Positions 63,432 to 64,000 of a stretch of DNA of 64,000 nt are shown here, piece by piece (position 1 is the first letter of the stretch; each line of letters begins with the position of its first letter). A program made the position numbers and the translations under genes. The DNA comes from Escherichia phage CJY920. Under the pieces are notes generated by a model. That model had not been told where the DNA came from and did not search any database. It saw only the letters and a list, made by a program, of their open reading frames with translations. The stretch lies in sequence record PQ349265.1; one strand, 5' to 3'.

Positions 63432-64000
63432 TTAACCTGCAAGACCAGTTAACTCATCGAAATCTGCGCCAGTAGCAGTTGCGACGAAATTAAGTTGGAT
63501 ATAATTTATACTACGAGCCGGTTGGATGTAGAATGTTGCAACAAACTCATTTCTATCAATTACTGACGGAGTGTTATTTGTTGTATCGCAAACTACACGA
63601 TATTCATAAATTCCACCGAGAGCTTTAATTCCCTGTAAGTATTGGGCAGTTTCTGTGCGGAATGATGAACGAGTAAACGCGTTGTTTAATTCGAATAAAC
63701 GATATTTTGAACTACGTCCGATATTCGTTTTCAACATATTAAACAGACGACGAACGTTAATACGATCAAATGGAGAAGGAACAGAAGTAGCTGTTTTATC
63801 ACCATACAATACGTAACCATCACCACCTGTACCGGTTACCGGGTTGATAGCTTCTTGATATAAACGGTCGCGCTGAGCCTGGCGAGTTTCAATAGCAAGT
63901 TTAATAACGTTAAGAATCTGGCCGCGATTATAACCAGCTGGAGACATCCAAGTCTGAGAAACGTTATCAGTTCTTGCGCATAAACCTGCAATATCAGCTG
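63432..64000 (-). CDS. 18: gp18 tail sheath protein, C-terminal part (5' end outside window)
   Basis: Open reading frame runs to the window edge; C-terminus ...IDFDELTGLAG; position adjacent to gene 19. Confidence 0.85.
   Translation of the reverse strand, partial: ADIAGLCARTDNVSQTWMSPAGYNRGQILNVIKLAIETRQAQRDRLYQEAINPVTGTGGDGYVLYGDKTATSVPSPFDRINVRRLFNMLKTNIGRSSKYRLFELNNAFTRSSFRTETAQYLQGIKALGGIYEYRVVCDTTNNTPSVIDRNEFVATFYIQPARSINYIQLNFVATATGADFDELTGLAG

Overview
This window reads as a contiguous 64-kb segment of a T4-like (T-even, Tevenvirinae) coliphage genome, in the reverse orientation of the conventional T4 map. All identifications rest on reading the six-frame translations against my memory of T4 protein sequences, lengths and gene order; no database search or computation was run. 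Order in the window: motA 3' end, small early ORFs, arn, asiA (+) | t, 38, 37, 36, 35, 34 (-; holin and long tail fibres) | rnh, dsbA, 33, 59, 32, frd, td (group I intron), nrdA, nrdB (group I intron), denA, rnlA, alc, spanins, pseT, cd, 31, rIII, a variable cassette, 30 (ligase), two tandem alt genes (+) | 54, 48, 29, 28, 27, 51 (-; baseplate hub) | 26, 25, uvsY (+) | uvsW.1, uvsW (-) | inh, hoc, rnlB (+) | 24 (-) | segD (+) | 23, 22, 21, 68, 67, 20, 19, an HNH ORF, 18 3' end (-). Regulatory grammar is typical T4: early promoters (GTTTAC -35), MotA-box middle promoters, TATAAATA late promoters, UUCG/GNRA-loop terminator hairpins, the gene 32 operator pseudoknot and hairpin-bridged split ribosome-binding sites. 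Departures from T4 as I remember it are the main points of interest: (1) both the td and nrdB introns are short and ORF-less (no I-TevI or I-TevIII); (2) a different homing-endonuclease complement (an I-TevI-like GIY-YIG gene antisense between td and nrdA, a 530-aa nuclease ORF between nrdA and nrdB, an HNH ORF between genes 19 and 18, segD kept, and no gene at the T4 segG, segE or mobE positions); (3) two tandem diverged alt ADP-ribosyltransferase paralogs; (4) a GC-elevated cassette between rIII and ligase carrying a NADAR (YbiA-like) ORF, a HAD-type ORF, a small basic protein and about 390 bp of unexplained non-coding sequence; (5) a duplicated promoter-embedded inverted repeat upstream of alc and of the ORF after the alt pair. 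I found no CRISPR array, no canonical tRNA and no integrase or transposase.
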